Positions 49,862 through 59,747 of a stretch of DNA of 64,000 nt are shown here, piece after piece. Position 1 is the stretch's first letter. Every line of letters begins with the position of its first letter. The notes under the pieces are model-generated. The model was not told the origin of the DNA. It made no database searches and worked only from the letters and a program-made list of their open reading frames with translations. The translations under genes were made by a program, and so were the position numbers. Source of the stretch: Verrucomicrobiota bacterium (GTDB taxonomy: Bacteria; Verrucomicrobiota; Verrucomicrobiia; Opitutales; Seribacteraceae); NCBI GenBank assembly GCA_027622665.1, contig JAQBYT010000005.1:32001-96000 (forward strand), in the 5' to 3' direction.

Positions 49862-52693
49862 ATGACCACCTTACGATTCACCTGCATTGCCCTGTCACTT
49901 TCTTTGGCGAGCGCCTTTGGCCAGAGCCAGTTGCCGCCGCTGGAAAAATCTGTTGAGGATCCCTCAACGGGACTCAACGTCCAACCGGGCTTCGAAGTCG
50001 ACCTGATCTACAAGGTGGATAAGAGAAAGTATGGCTCTTGGATAGCGATGGCCTTTGACGGCCAAGGCCGCTTGTCGGTATCCGACCAAGGAGGGGCCGG
50101 CACCTTCTCGGTCGAGATACCCAAGCCAGGCGAGGCCTTCGACGAAAGCAAGATCAAGAAGCTCGACGTCAAGTCGTCCCAGTGGGGCATGCTCTATGCC
50201 TTCGATCACCTCTACATGATGGGCAATCGCAGCCTTTCCCGGGCCAAGGTCCTGCCAAATGGAGATTTAGGACCAACTGAATTCCTCGCGGAAATGAATG
50301 GGGGCGGCGAACACGGACCCCACTCCATCGTTGTCTCTCCCGACGGCAAAAGCCTGTACGTCATAGCGGGAAACATGACCCCGCTGCCAAAGTACCAGAA
50401 GACCCGCATACGGGACAGCTGGAAGGACGACTACCTTCTGCAAAATTACGCCTATGGACACAATGGAGGAGGTCAGGCTCCCGGTGGCTGGGTCTTGAAA
50501 GTGAGTCCGGACGGCAAGGAACGGGAAGTCCTCAATATGGGCTATCGCAACCCGGTCGACTTCGCCTTGAATCGGGACGGCGAGCTCTTCGTCTACGATG
50601 CCGACATGGAATGGGACATCGGCGCCCCGTGGTACCGCCCGACCCGCGTCAATCACGGCGTTTCCGGAGGCGAAAGCGGTTGGCGGGCCACCTCCAAGAA
50701 ATGGCGGGAATATTTCCCGGACACCGTGGGTTCGGTGGTCGACGTCGGACCCGGTTGCCCGACCGGCGTAATCGCAGGCACCGACACGAAATTTCCCACC
50801 CATTACCGCGACGCCCTATTCATCTGTGACTGGACCTTCGCCACCATGTACTCGATCCACCTGAAGCCGCAAGGATCGTCCTATGTCGGCGAAAAACGCG
50901 AGTTCATCTCCAACACCAAGGGCTCGCTGTCACTGACCGACATCGATATAGGCCCGGATGGCCACATGTACTTCTGCGTCGGCGGCCGCGGTGGGCAATC
51001 CTACCTTTACCGCGTATCCTACAAAGGAACGGCATCCACTGCCTTGTCAAAACTGGACAGCACTAGCTCCCACGCGGAGGCACGCGGAACCCGTCACATG
51101 CTTGAGGCTTTTCATGGTCATCCCGACCCAAAAGCTGTGGATGCAGCCTGGCCCTATCTGAGCAGCGCGGATTACCATTTGCGTTATGCCGCCCGCATTG
51201 CCATGGAGTGGCAGGATACCAAGATATGGGCGGATAAAGCCTATTCGGAAAAGGACGACGTTGCGGCCATTCACGCCCTGCTTGGTCTGGCCCGAAGCGA
51301 TCTCGAAGCCAGCTTGGCGCCCAGCGTCAAGCGCCTCCTGAAAGTCGACTTCGACAAACTGGACAAAACGGGCCAGCTGGCTCTGTTGCGAACCTATGGA
51401 GTGATTATGAGCCGTGGCGGAAAGCCGGAAGCCGGCCAAGTAAAAGCCATCGGCGACCAACTGGATCCTCACTTCCCCTCCAAGGACGACAACCTCAACG
51501 AGGAACTCTGTCGCGTGCTCTGCTACTTGCAGCACCCGTTGGTGGTCGAGAAGACCGTAGCCCTCATGCAAACCACAAAGGCCAAGATTCCCGACTTCGA
51601 CGCAGAGGTGATGAAGCGCCACAAGGGCTATGGCGGTAGTATCCTGAGCTCGATGGAATCCGCTCCCAATATCCTCAACATACATTTTCTCTTTTGCCTG
51701 AAGGACGTTCAGGAAGGTTGGACCATGGATCATCGCAAGGTCTACCTCGCCGAACTGAAAACTCTAATGAGCAAGAAGGGCGGCAACATGTTTACCGGTT
51801 ACATCCAGAAGATCAGGGATTCCGCGATCGCTTCCGTCCCCGAAAAGGACAGGCCCTCCTTGCAGTATCTGATGGGTGACATAAAGAGCATCGACATCTC
51901 CAAGCTGCCCAAGGCCAAAGGGCCCGGTGTTGTCTGGACGGTGGATTCCGCCCTCAAGATGCTCAAGGAGGAACCTCTCGCAGGACGCAGCTTGGCCAAT
52001 GGCAAGAAGATGTTTTCGGCCGGATTGTGCGTGGCCTGCCACCGCGTTGGCCCCGAGGGTGGCGGAATTGGACCCGACCTGACGAACCTGGCCAAACGCA
52101 GCGACTACAAAGCCATGTTGGAATCCACTTTGCAACCCAACTTGGTGGTATCCGACCAGTTCGAACAACACGAGCTGAAGATGAAGGACGGTGCCGTGGT
52201 CATGGGTCGCATCGTGGTGGATGAAAAAGACTCCTATTCCTTGGTCCAGTCCGGACTCGAGCCCTTGAAGCTCAAGAAGGTCATGAAAGCGGATGTCGCC
52301 TCCAAGAAAGGCTCCAAAATCTCCATGATGCCTCCCGGCTTGGCCAACTCGATGAATGCGGATGAACTGAAGGATCTCATTGCCTATTTCGTCTCCCAGG
52401 GAAACAACCGTCATCCGGTTTACAAAAGACCCAAGTCCAACAAGAAGCTGGATATCGAAATCATCAGTGCGATCTATGGAGTGAAAGGAAACGCTCAGAG
52501 GAGCATGGATGTCAGCAAGGCCATCGAGCAGTACCTCGATGCCCGGGAATACGAATTTGAGATCACCAATGTTTTTGCAGGTCGAGACCCGGCCGGCGGC
52601 ACAGCCAAGGTGCTGGTGCTCGAGTATAAGTTCAACGGCAAGAAAATCAGTAAAACGATTAATGAGAACGGTCTCGTTTCTTTCTACGAATAG
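49862..52693 (+). CDS. PVC-type heme-binding protein (beta-propeller, HEAT repeats, cytochrome c, C-terminal beta domain)
   Basis: GEHGPH, GYRNP.D, YDADMEWD.G.PWYRPTR, CVACH..GPDLT, SMMPPGL. Confidence 0.88.
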   Translation: MTTLRFTCIALSLSLASAFGQSQLPPLEKSVEDPSTGLNVQPGFEVDLIYKVDKRKYGSWIAMAFDGQGRLSVSDQGGAGTFSVEIPKPGEAFDESKIKKLDVKSSQWGMLYAFDHLYMMGNRSLSRAKVLPNGDLGPTEFLAEMNGGGEHGPHSIVVSPDGKSLYVIAGNMTPLPKYQKTRIRDSWKDDYLLQNYAYGHNGGGQAPGGWVLKVSPDGKEREVLNMGYRNPVDFALNRDGELFVYDADMEWDIGAPWYRPTRVNHGVSGGESGWRATSKKWREYFPDTVGSVVDVGPGCPTGVIAGTDTKFPTHYRDALFICDWTFATMYSIHLKPQGSSYVGEKREFISNTKGSLSLTDIDIGPDGHMYFCVGGRGGQSYLYRVSYKGTASTALSKLDSTSSHAEARGTRHMLEAFHGHPDPKAVDAAWPYLSSADYHLRYAARIAMEWQDTKIWADKAYSEKDDVAAIHALLGLARSDLEASLAPSVKRLLKVDFDKLDKTGQLALLRTYGVIMSRGGKPEAGQVKAIGDQLDPHFPSKDDNLNEELCRVLCYLQHPLVVEKTVALMQTTKAKIPDFDAEVMKRHKGYGGSILSSMESAPNILNIHFLFCLKDVQEGWTMDHRKVYLAELKTLMSKKGGNMFTGYIQKIRDSAIASVPEKDRPSLQYLMGDIKSIDISKLPKAKGPGVVWTVDSALKMLKEEPLAGRSLANGKKMFSAGLCVACHRVGPEGGGIGPDLTNLAKRSDYKAMLESTLQPNLVVSDQFEQHELKMKDGAVVMGRIVVDEKDSYSLVQSGLEPLKLKKVMKADVASKKGSKISMMPPGLANSMNADELKDLIAYFVSQGNNRHPVYKRPKSNKKLDIEIISAIYGVKGNAQRSMDVSKAIEQYLDAREYEFEITNVFAGRDPAGGTAKVLVLEYKFNGKKISKTINENGLVSFYE

Positions 52694-52735
52694 CCTAGTA
52701 GAAAAAGTAGGCGGCTTCTTAGGCAAGATCAACCT

Positions 52736-54772
52736 TCAAGGCTTGGATTCCTGTTTCTCGTCCAATTTTTCAAGCTCGACCGAGTCCTTGATTGCTCCTT
52801 GAAACTCCTTGTCAAAGGAGACCCGGTTTCCTGATTCGGTCTTTCCTCTGTTTTGATGTGGATGGGGGCGGAAAATCATCTTTCCTCCTAGCCATTCAAG
52901 CTTCGCAAGCCTGGGGGGCTTGCCATTCCAATTGCTCTTCCTTGCCCGCGGATCCTCCGTGCGGTTGGCCGGGGAAAGCAGAAGCTCGGTCGCTTCATCC
53001 CAATCCTTCATCGCTTGCCCTTTCGCATTACTGAACTGTGACACTTGCAGACTTAATTTGTGCACACCCCCTTTTGGCAAATCGACCAAGGCCACAAAAG
53101 TATCCCGCTTTCTTCCGGTATACCCCTGCCAATGATTCACATTGATTTGCACGCCGAGCTGGTTGCCATCTCCAAAGGTTTCGATTTCCACACCTAGCTC
53201 TCCCTGCTTGGGCCCGATCCAAGATGGATCGACAATCTTGCGGGTGGCATACTTCCAATGATGCGGATTTCTCCAACTCAAGCGATACCAGTCCTGCCAA
53301 CCTCTTGAGAAATCATCGATCAAGCGACTTGGTCTTTCGGTCGGTTTTGTTTTCGATTTCCTTAAATCCTCGGGATAAGCCGTCCGGTACTCGGAACTGA
53401 GGGTCAGAAGCTTGGTCGCCTCGGTTCCCGGACGGGGTGGAAGAGCCCTTGGCATCTCGTAGGTAAGGTTGGCAAAGGCGAAGAGCGGTTCTGCACTGTC
53501 GAACACCGGGCATTCCCCTTCGTAAACCTTCCCGGACTTTCGAACCTCGGCACCCCGCCAGAAACGAATGCGCGGATCCCTGGCATACCCGTAGTAGATC
53601 TCCACTTCCTTCACCGGCAAACCGCTTGATTGATCAACCTGCACCCGAAAGAGCGGAACCCCGTTATCCGTATTCAGAACCAATTCCGCGGGCGAGACTT
53701 TGGGAAACCGAAAGCTTTTCTTGAGGCGGGCTTCCATCCACATGAAACGGGCGGCAGAGGTTTGATCGGTAAAGCGATGATTCAAATGAGGAGCCAACAC
53801 GAGCATCCTCTCCGTTTCAGGAGGCAACTCGGACATGCCCTTGACCACCCATTCCGTCGGGGAGTTGAAATCATTGGTCGATCCGAGAAAAAGGATCGGG
53901 GCGGTGACGTGGGGCCAATGAGACTGGGCGGAGACACATTTGCGATAAAGGGCCAAACCGTCTTCCTTGGTCATTCTTCGGGCGCTCCCTGGCAAGCCCC
54001 ACAGGTCATCGTAGAGATATCCGCTCCCTCCTACGGAAGGTGAGGCCGCCTTGACCCGCGGGTCGATGCATGAAATTACGGTGGAACGCCCCCCCATCGA
54101 GTGCCCCTCCACACCAAGCTTGTCAGGGTCTACCCCTTCGGTTTGCTCAAGCATCGTCAAGGCCCGCCGCACGCAAATTGAGATTAAATTCCAACTGCTG
54201 TTCAGGGGGTGAGGTTCTTTGAAGAGGGTATTCGGATCGGGTCTGACGGTGTTGTGATGATCCAGTTGATCTGCCTTGGTCACCCCCGGACGAATGAAGC
54301 CCGCCGCCAAACCATCCCAGTCCGTGTTAGGCGTATCCGCTTTTTCCAAAACTTTTCCTCCCCAATTGATGCTCACGCACGCATATCCCATCTCCATCCA
54401 GTCCTCCACCCGTCTACGGTTTGCCCGCTGCCCACCTCCGTGAACGTGAACGATGCCCGGCTTGGACTCCTTTCCTTTGGGCAAGCCCAAATAGGCGGCA
54501 ACGACTGGCCTGGCGGATTTGTTACTCCCTTGAAGCTTGCCCAAAGAATAAAGAACGAGCCTTACATCGCCCTGTTCCGTTTGCCAGGATTCGACGACCC
54601 GGACGTTAAGTGGCTCCTTGCGGGCATCATAGCTCATCCAGAAATCGAGCATGTTGGAAACCAAATTTCTTCCGCCGAAAGACGGTATCCCCGTCTCACC
54701 GAAGGTTGAGAGGGGGGACAAGAAAATCAGCCCTAGCTTGAAAAGGAAACCGGTTTTGGGTTTGAAACTCAT
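52736..54772 (-). CDS. Exported esterase (dienelactone hydrolase-like) with a C-terminal carbohydrate-binding-like domain
   Basis: HVHGGGQ, INWGG, GHSMGG, PHLNH, LIDDF..GWQDW. Confidence 0.75.
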   Translation of the reverse strand: MSFKPKTGFLFKLGLIFLSPLSTFGETGIPSFGGRNLVSNMLDFWMSYDARKEPLNVRVVESWQTEQGDVRLVLYSLGKLQGSNKSARPVVAAYLGLPKGKESKPGIVHVHGGGQRANRRRVEDWMEMGYACVSINWGGKVLEKADTPNTDWDGLAAGFIRPGVTKADQLDHHNTVRPDPNTLFKEPHPLNSSWNLISICVRRALTMLEQTEGVDPDKLGVEGHSMGGRSTVISCIDPRVKAASPSVGGSGYLYDDLWGLPGSARRMTKEDGLALYRKCVSAQSHWPHVTAPILFLGSTNDFNSPTEWVVKGMSELPPETERMLVLAPHLNHRFTDQTSAARFMWMEARLKKSFRFPKVSPAELVLNTDNGVPLFRVQVDQSSGLPVKEVEIYYGYARDPRIRFWRGAEVRKSGKVYEGECPVFDSAEPLFAFANLTYEMPRALPPRPGTEATKLLTLSSEYRTAYPEDLRKSKTKPTERPSRLIDDFSRGWQDWYRLSWRNPHHWKYATRKIVDPSWIGPKQGELGVEIETFGDGNQLGVQINVNHWQGYTGRKRDTFVALVDLPKGGVHKLSLQVSQFSNAKGQAMKDWDEATELLLSPANRTEDPRARKSNWNGKPPRLAKLEWLGGKMIFRPHPHQNRGKTESGNRVSFDKEFQGAIKDSVELEKLDEKQESKP

Positions 54773-54854
54773 GTAGCCAACCTAAACCATCTCAGGCAAA
54801 GGTTAAGCTCAGAAGCATTCGTTTGATTGGTTTCTTAGCCGACAAGCCGGACGG

Positions 54855-55682
54855 CTACCATCTGCGTGTGAACCCAAAGAATAGACCAAAATCCTCCGAC
54901 GTATTGTTCAAGCCAACCTGAGTTCCAAGATCAAGTACAAGATCTTCGTGTACGGTGTAGGTAAAGCCACCTGCCCCGAAAGCCCGATAGGACGGATCAC
55001 CCTCTATCCCGACGTACTCTACGAAGGAACCGAACCGTTGGTTCAGGTCGAAACCGAGCACGGCTGAGTGCAGAAACTCGAAGTCGTGGTCTTTGCGAAC
55101 CGCATCGTAGATGACGTCGAATTCAGCCATCAGGCCAAGGCCTATTCCTCCGGAAATTTCCGTAGCATAAGGAATGATCAAGCCACCCTCCCATTCGTCA
55201 TTGCTGAATTGCGCAGTCGTGGGGATTTTCACGAAGGGGAAAAGGGCGAGAGCGGAATCACCTCCGTCATTACCCCAAAGGTTGTATTTGAGCCTTAACT
55301 GGACATCGCCGAAGCCCTCTGAGTCCTTACCGACCTTCGGGTCTTCCCTGGTGTAGGTATCGAAAACGATCTGCAAATCCACATCGTTGGAGAGACCGAT
55401 TTTGAAGTTGGTCGACAGAAGGGTGTGAGTATCGCTTCCATCGTTTCTTCGCCAATCAAAGACACTGGTCTCTATCACGAAATGACCTGCATCCACGGTC
55501 AATGGACTTTCCGTCGCATCCGGTCGGTCGGGGGATAGCTCGCGCATGAGCTCACGGGGCGTCGGATTGAGGAGGGTGTATTGGCTCTTTGAACCAGACA
55601 CTGGCAAGCTATTCTCGGCAGCAACTTCCGGAAAGGGAGTTGATCCGATGGTAAGGCTAACAAGGATGGGGATAAGTTTCAT
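54855..55682 (-). CDS. Outer-membrane beta-barrel ('transporter', MetA-pathway/CoxB-like)
   Basis: Signal peptide; RELSPDRPDATESPLTVDAGHF, GFGD..LRLKYNLWGND, PFVKIPT; C-terminal FTRRW. Confidence 0.8.
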   Translation of the reverse strand: MKLIPILVSLTIGSTPFPEVAAENSLPVSGSKSQYTLLNPTPRELMRELSPDRPDATESPLTVDAGHFVIETSVFDWRRNDGSDTHTLLSTNFKIGLSNDVDLQIVFDTYTREDPKVGKDSEGFGDVQLRLKYNLWGNDGGDSALALFPFVKIPTTAQFSNDEWEGGLIIPYATEISGGIGLGLMAEFDVIYDAVRKDHDFEFLHSAVLGFDLNQRFGSFVEYVGIEGDPSYRAFGAGGFTYTVHEDLVLDLGTQVGLNNTSEDFGLFFGFTRRW

Positions 55683-55746
55683 TTTTTCTAGTGAAAGATC
55701 AGATTTTGATTAATCAAAGTATCGTCCTCGAATGATCTTGTGTCAA
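55676..55746 (-). promoter_or_regulatory. Promoter/operator nearly identical to the tro promoter
   Basis: The reverse complement matches 33240-33310 at 62/71 with no gaps. TTGACA-17-GATACT; perfect palindrome TTTGATTAATCAAA at 55705-55718. Confidence 0.85.
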
Positions 55747-55786
55747 TCGTTGACGGCCTTGTTTTAAGCAGGTGCTTGGGCTTTAT

Positions 55787-57868
55787 TTACTCCGGCAAGG
55801 CAAAGGCCACCAAGCTGCCACCTTTTGGCCGACCGGATTTCCCGCCGCTCGCGGAGATCACAACGAATTGCCGACCCTTCACCATGTAGGTACTGGGTGT
55901 AGAGTTGCCGCTGAAGGGCAACTTTGCTTGGAAGAGCGTCTTGCCGTTCTCCTTGTCGAAAACACGGAAAGTTTCGTCCGCCGTCGCACCGATGAAGATC
56001 AAGCCTGATGCTGTCACCAAGGGGCCGCCGTAGTTTTCAGTCCCGGTCGGAGGTATTCCTCGGGCAGTCAGTTCCGGGTACTCGCCGAGGATCACCTTCC
56101 ACTTGATTTCGCCCGTGTTGAGGTCGACCGCGTTGAGGGTTCCCCAAGGCGGCTTGATGGCAGGATATCCTTCGGGGTCCAGCCAGCGTCGGAAACCTCC
56201 GAAGGCATAGGCAGGCGGTTGTTTTTTGTCTACCTTCGGGTCAGGCGCTCCCGTCTCGGGTCGTGAGGCGCTGGGCGCCTTGTAGTTCAATACGTAGTCG
56301 AGGATGGCCTTACGCTTGCCTTCCGGCATGACCGCGTAACCGGGCATGCGCCCTCCGCCCTGCCGTGTGATCAACTCGATTTCCTCACGGGTCTTCCGCT
56401 CGCCGATGCCAAGCAAGGGTGGAAATCCAGCCAGCAGGTTTCCTTTGCGGTCCAAGCCATGGCAAGCACCGCAAAAGATCATGTAGTCACGCTCCCCGCG
56501 AACCAGCTTGGACCCATCGGCCTTGCGCGTCTCGATCATCTGCAACAACCAAGGCATTTCATTGATATTGACGTAATAGATGCCATCCGGATCGGCTGCC
56601 CCACCACCCCATTCCATTCCGCCATCGTAGCCCGGAAACATTACCGTTTCCTTCAAGCTCGGGGCAGGAAAGGGCCCAAAGTTGGGCGAGGCCTTGATAC
56701 GATCCAAAGTAAGCTGATGGGTCTGCGGAGAAATGTTTGATGCATCGGCCTCGGTGTACTTCTGGCGCATGAGCGGCGGGGGCTTGGTTGGAAACGGCTG
56801 GGTCGGCCAAGCTTTTTCTCCTTCAAGGTCGGAGGCCTGCACCGGGCGTTCCTCGATCGGCCAGAGGGGTTCACCCGTTTCACGATTAAAGACAAACAGT
56901 AGGCCGTGCTTGGTTCCCTGGGCTACCGCATCGATCTTTTTCCCCTTGTGCGTGACCGTCACCAGTACCGGCGGACAGGGCAGATCTTTGTCCAGCAGGT
57001 CATGGTGCACGATTTGGTAGTGCCAGATGTGCTTCCCGGTCGCTGCGTTCAAGGCAAGCACGCAGTTGGCGAACAGGTTCTCTCCATGCCGCCGTCCACC
57101 ATAGAAATCAGGTTCGGCGGTCTTCGTCGCCACGTAGACGATGCCCCGTTTCTCGTCGAGCGACTGGCCGCACCAAGGCATCAGGCCGGTGGCGGTCTTG
57201 TAGGCATCCTTGGGCCAGGTGTGGTAGCCTACTTCACCGGGCCGTGGAATCAGATGAAAAATCCAGCGTTGGGATCCCGTGCGCACGTCGTAGGCCCGCA
57301 CCGCACCCTTGCCTCCAACGCCCCCGACGATGACGAGGTCCTTGTAGACCACGCCCGGTGTGTTCAAGCCCGAACCAAGCTTGATCGCCCCTTCCTTTCC
57401 AAAATCCTTGATCACCTTGCCGGTCGCCGGGTCCAAGGCAAAGAGCATCCCCGCAACCGCGGTGAACAATCGCCGCTCGGCGCCTTTCTCATTTTCCCAA
57501 TAGACCAAGCCCCGCTGCCGGGCGCTCCCTTTGCCCGGACCGTCCTTGGCCGGGTCCCAGATCCAGCGTACCGTTCCTGTCGCACCATCAAGGGCAATTA
57601 CTTTTCGAGTGGGAGTCGGTGTGTACACGATCCCATCAACAATCAGGTTGTTCGCCTGGTACTCGGCTTTGTCCCCAGTTTCATACCGCCATGCAATCCG
57701 GAGCTTCGACACGTTGTCCCGGTTGATATGCTCCAATGAAGAATACAGGTTGCGGCCTTTTCCGCCGAGGTACTCTCGCCAATCAGCGTTTTCTTTGGTG
57801 TCAGCCGACAGAGAACCAACGGCGAGGAATAGAGTGGTAGTCAATATATATGTCGTCCGGATGAGCAT
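55787..57868 (-). CDS. PQQ-dependent dehydrogenase (glucose/quinate type) with an inserted cytochrome c domain
   Basis: YSSLEHINRDNV, WHYQIVHHD..D.D, PTQPFP, CGACHG..RMPG, KPPWGTL.AVDL, GTENYGGP. Confidence 0.88.
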   Translation of the reverse strand: MLIRTTYILTTTLFLAVGSLSADTKENADWREYLGGKGRNLYSSLEHINRDNVSKLRIAWRYETGDKAEYQANNLIVDGIVYTPTPTRKVIALDGATGTVRWIWDPAKDGPGKGSARQRGLVYWENEKGAERRLFTAVAGMLFALDPATGKVIKDFGKEGAIKLGSGLNTPGVVYKDLVIVGGVGGKGAVRAYDVRTGSQRWIFHLIPRPGEVGYHTWPKDAYKTATGLMPWCGQSLDEKRGIVYVATKTAEPDFYGGRRHGENLFANCVLALNAATGKHIWHYQIVHHDLLDKDLPCPPVLVTVTHKGKKIDAVAQGTKHGLLFVFNRETGEPLWPIEERPVQASDLEGEKAWPTQPFPTKPPPLMRQKYTEADASNISPQTHQLTLDRIKASPNFGPFPAPSLKETVMFPGYDGGMEWGGGAADPDGIYYVNINEMPWLLQMIETRKADGSKLVRGERDYMIFCGACHGLDRKGNLLAGFPPLLGIGERKTREEIELITRQGGGRMPGYAVMPEGKRKAILDYVLNYKAPSASRPETGAPDPKVDKKQPPAYAFGGFRRWLDPEGYPAIKPPWGTLNAVDLNTGEIKWKVILGEYPELTARGIPPTGTENYGGPLVTASGLIFIGATADETFRVFDKENGKTLFQAKLPFSGNSTPSTYMVKGRQFVVISASGGKSGRPKGGSLVAFALPE

Positions 57869-57898
57869 ATTGTGAGCTTAGGGTCTGTCGCTGCATCG

Positions 57899-58509
57899 CG
57901 GCAAGTTCAGACCATGCGAGACTGACCTAATCCTTGATTGGGCGTGACCACCGGCCGACGCCATGTCCACGGGAAATCATGATCGCCTGGAGGTTGCCTG
58001 AATTATGAATGAATCTTTCGCCCCACAGGCTTCATGGAACTCCTGAATTACCGGTGCGGCAGCGGCCGGCTCCCATTCTGGATGAACCCCGTCACTTGCA
58101 GGAGAGTAAGAATAGAATACACGCGGTGCAATGGCCGCAAACGCATCCGGTTTCATCGCCAGACCTGCAAAGGGAATTGCAATCCCCCCCCGTCCTCTCG
58201 TCTACCTGAATGTTCGTGGCGCCATCTAGACCTTTGAGGTGAAACCTTCGATGCTCTTTTAGCCCGTACTGCAAATATTACGCGTCGAACAAAGTCCCCG
58301 ACGCGCCAAGCATGATCCGACCAAAACTATGGGCACCGCGGTCGGCCTTGATTTCTACATCGCTCGTCGAAGCCAGAAAATCAAACAGATGCAGAAATGT
58401 GGCATGCTTCCAAATCTCGTCATTCAATTTTCCATCGATCGCCCTCACTCGGCAAGTTAAGAGCATGGCAACTGATCTAATCCTTGATTGGGTGCGACCA
58501 TCGCCTGAC
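57899..58509. repeat. Imperfect direct repeat of about 60 bp (57899-57959 and 58450-58509)
   Basis: 50/61 identity with one gap; shared core CTAATCCTTGATTGGG. Confidence 0.8.
57990..58440 (-). pseudogene. Remnant of a CBM9/DOMON-like sugar-binding domain gene
   Basis: Fragments IDGKLNDEIWKHA and IAIPFAGLA in different frames; boundaries approximate. Confidence 0.45.
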
Positions 58510-58514
58510 CGAGG

Positions 58515-59747
58515 TCATTGTCTGGCCGCGACGGCCTTCCAGATCAGGCCCAACGCGATCAGGCTCAGACCAGTCAACAGGACGCGCCACTCCACGAAGA
58601 AGGCCAGCGAAAGACAGGTCAATAGGCCGAGGTAGGCCGTCCATACGGGGTACAATCGTTCCTCTGGTTTCAATCGGATGGCGCACAGGTTCGTGATGGC
58701 ATAATAGATCAGGACGGTGAAGGCGCTGAAGCTCCAGGTGAGTTTTACGTCGCCGACGCAGACCAGTCCGCTAACCATCACCGCGATCAACACCGTGGCC
58801 ACTTCGGGCACCTTGGTGGATTCGTTGATCCGTCCGCTGGCCTTGGGCAAATCACCCCGCCGACCCATCGCCAAGGCTACCCGAGACAAGCCCAGAAGAA
58901 GGTTGAGCAAGACGCTCAGTAAGGCAAGGGCTGCCCCCGCAGTCAGGGCCATGCCAAAAGAAGTTCCACCCATTTTTTCGGCGAGAAGTGAGAGCGACTG
59001 AAAGCCTTGGCCATCGGCATGCACTAGGCTCACTGCGCTTACGCCGAGGTGAAGCAAGGTGGCCAACCCTAGCGTGAGGATGATCGCCACGGGGATGGTC
59101 CGGCGCGGTTCGCGAACCTCCTCCCCCAAGGTGGCGATACGACCATAACCGGTGTACGCCACGAACATGAGAGCCGTGGCCTCGAGCAATTCGGACATCC
59201 GGGTGGAATCGAAGAAAGGTTTGAGAAGTTCGCTGTTGGTTTTCAAAGCCGAGGAGCCCACCGCCACGAAAGCAAGCAAGGTCAGCAGGACAGCGGATAC
59301 GATAACGGCATTCACGGCTTTGCTCTGTTGCATGCCGGTTAGGGTAATCAGCGTGAGTCCCACCACCGTGGCCAAACTGACTGGCAAAAGGTAATTAGGG
59401 GTCAAATACATGGCAAAAGCGAGGGCCGCCGTAGCGGCGGAGGCGGACTTGGCGCAAAGGAACATCCAGCCTGCGGTAAAGCCGAGGGACGGAGTCAGCC
59501 AGCGGTGCCCGTATTCGTAGGTGCCTCCGCTGACCGGATGATTGGCCGCCAACTGGGCGCTGCTCAGTCCATTGCAGGTAGCCACGACCGCAGCGAGAGC
59601 CAAGGCCAGCAGCAAGGAGGGTCCCGCAATCTGCTCTCCCATCCCGAGGCTGACAAACACCCCGGCCCCCATGATCGAGCCAAGGCCCATCAAAATGGAT
59701 CCGGGCAAGCCGATCACGCGAAGAAGGGGAGGAGAGGAAGAGGTCAC
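58515..59747 (-). CDS. APC family amino-acid permease
   Basis: GLGSIMGAGVF, HPVSGGTYEYG, FVAYTGYGRIATLGEEV; many TM helices. Confidence 0.9.
   Translation of the reverse strand: MTSSSPPLLRVIGLPGSILMGLGSIMGAGVFVSLGMGEQIAGPSLLLALALAAVVATCNGLSSAQLAANHPVSGGTYEYGHRWLTPSLGFTAGWMFLCAKSASAATAALAFAMYLTPNYLLPVSLATVVGLTLITLTGMQQSKAVNAVIVSAVLLTLLAFVAVGSSALKTNSELLKPFFDSTRMSELLEATALMFVAYTGYGRIATLGEEVREPRRTIPVAIILTLGLATLLHLGVSAVSLVHADGQGFQSLSLLAEKMGGTSFGMALTAGAALALLSVLLNLLLGLSRVALAMGRRGDLPKASGRINESTKVPEVATVLIAVMVSGLVCVGDVKLTWSFSAFTVLIYYAITNLCAIRLKPEERLYPVWTAYLGLLTCLSLAFFVEWRVLLTGLSLIALGLIWKAVAARQ

Noticed and set aside
49593..49862. Long N-terminal extension of DUF1287
   Set aside because: It spans the divergent intergenic region and does not look like protein sequence.
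51764..52732. Long antisense ORFs (322 aa here; also 18995-19642, 35122-36009, 56906-57739, 59888-60706)
   Set aside because: Shadow ORFs opposite well-supported genes, with no motifs.
57899..58509. Repeat pair as a CRISPR array, integron attC sites or IS ends
   Set aside because: Only two direct copies 551 bp apart; no cas, integrase or transposase gene, and no attC-type dyad.
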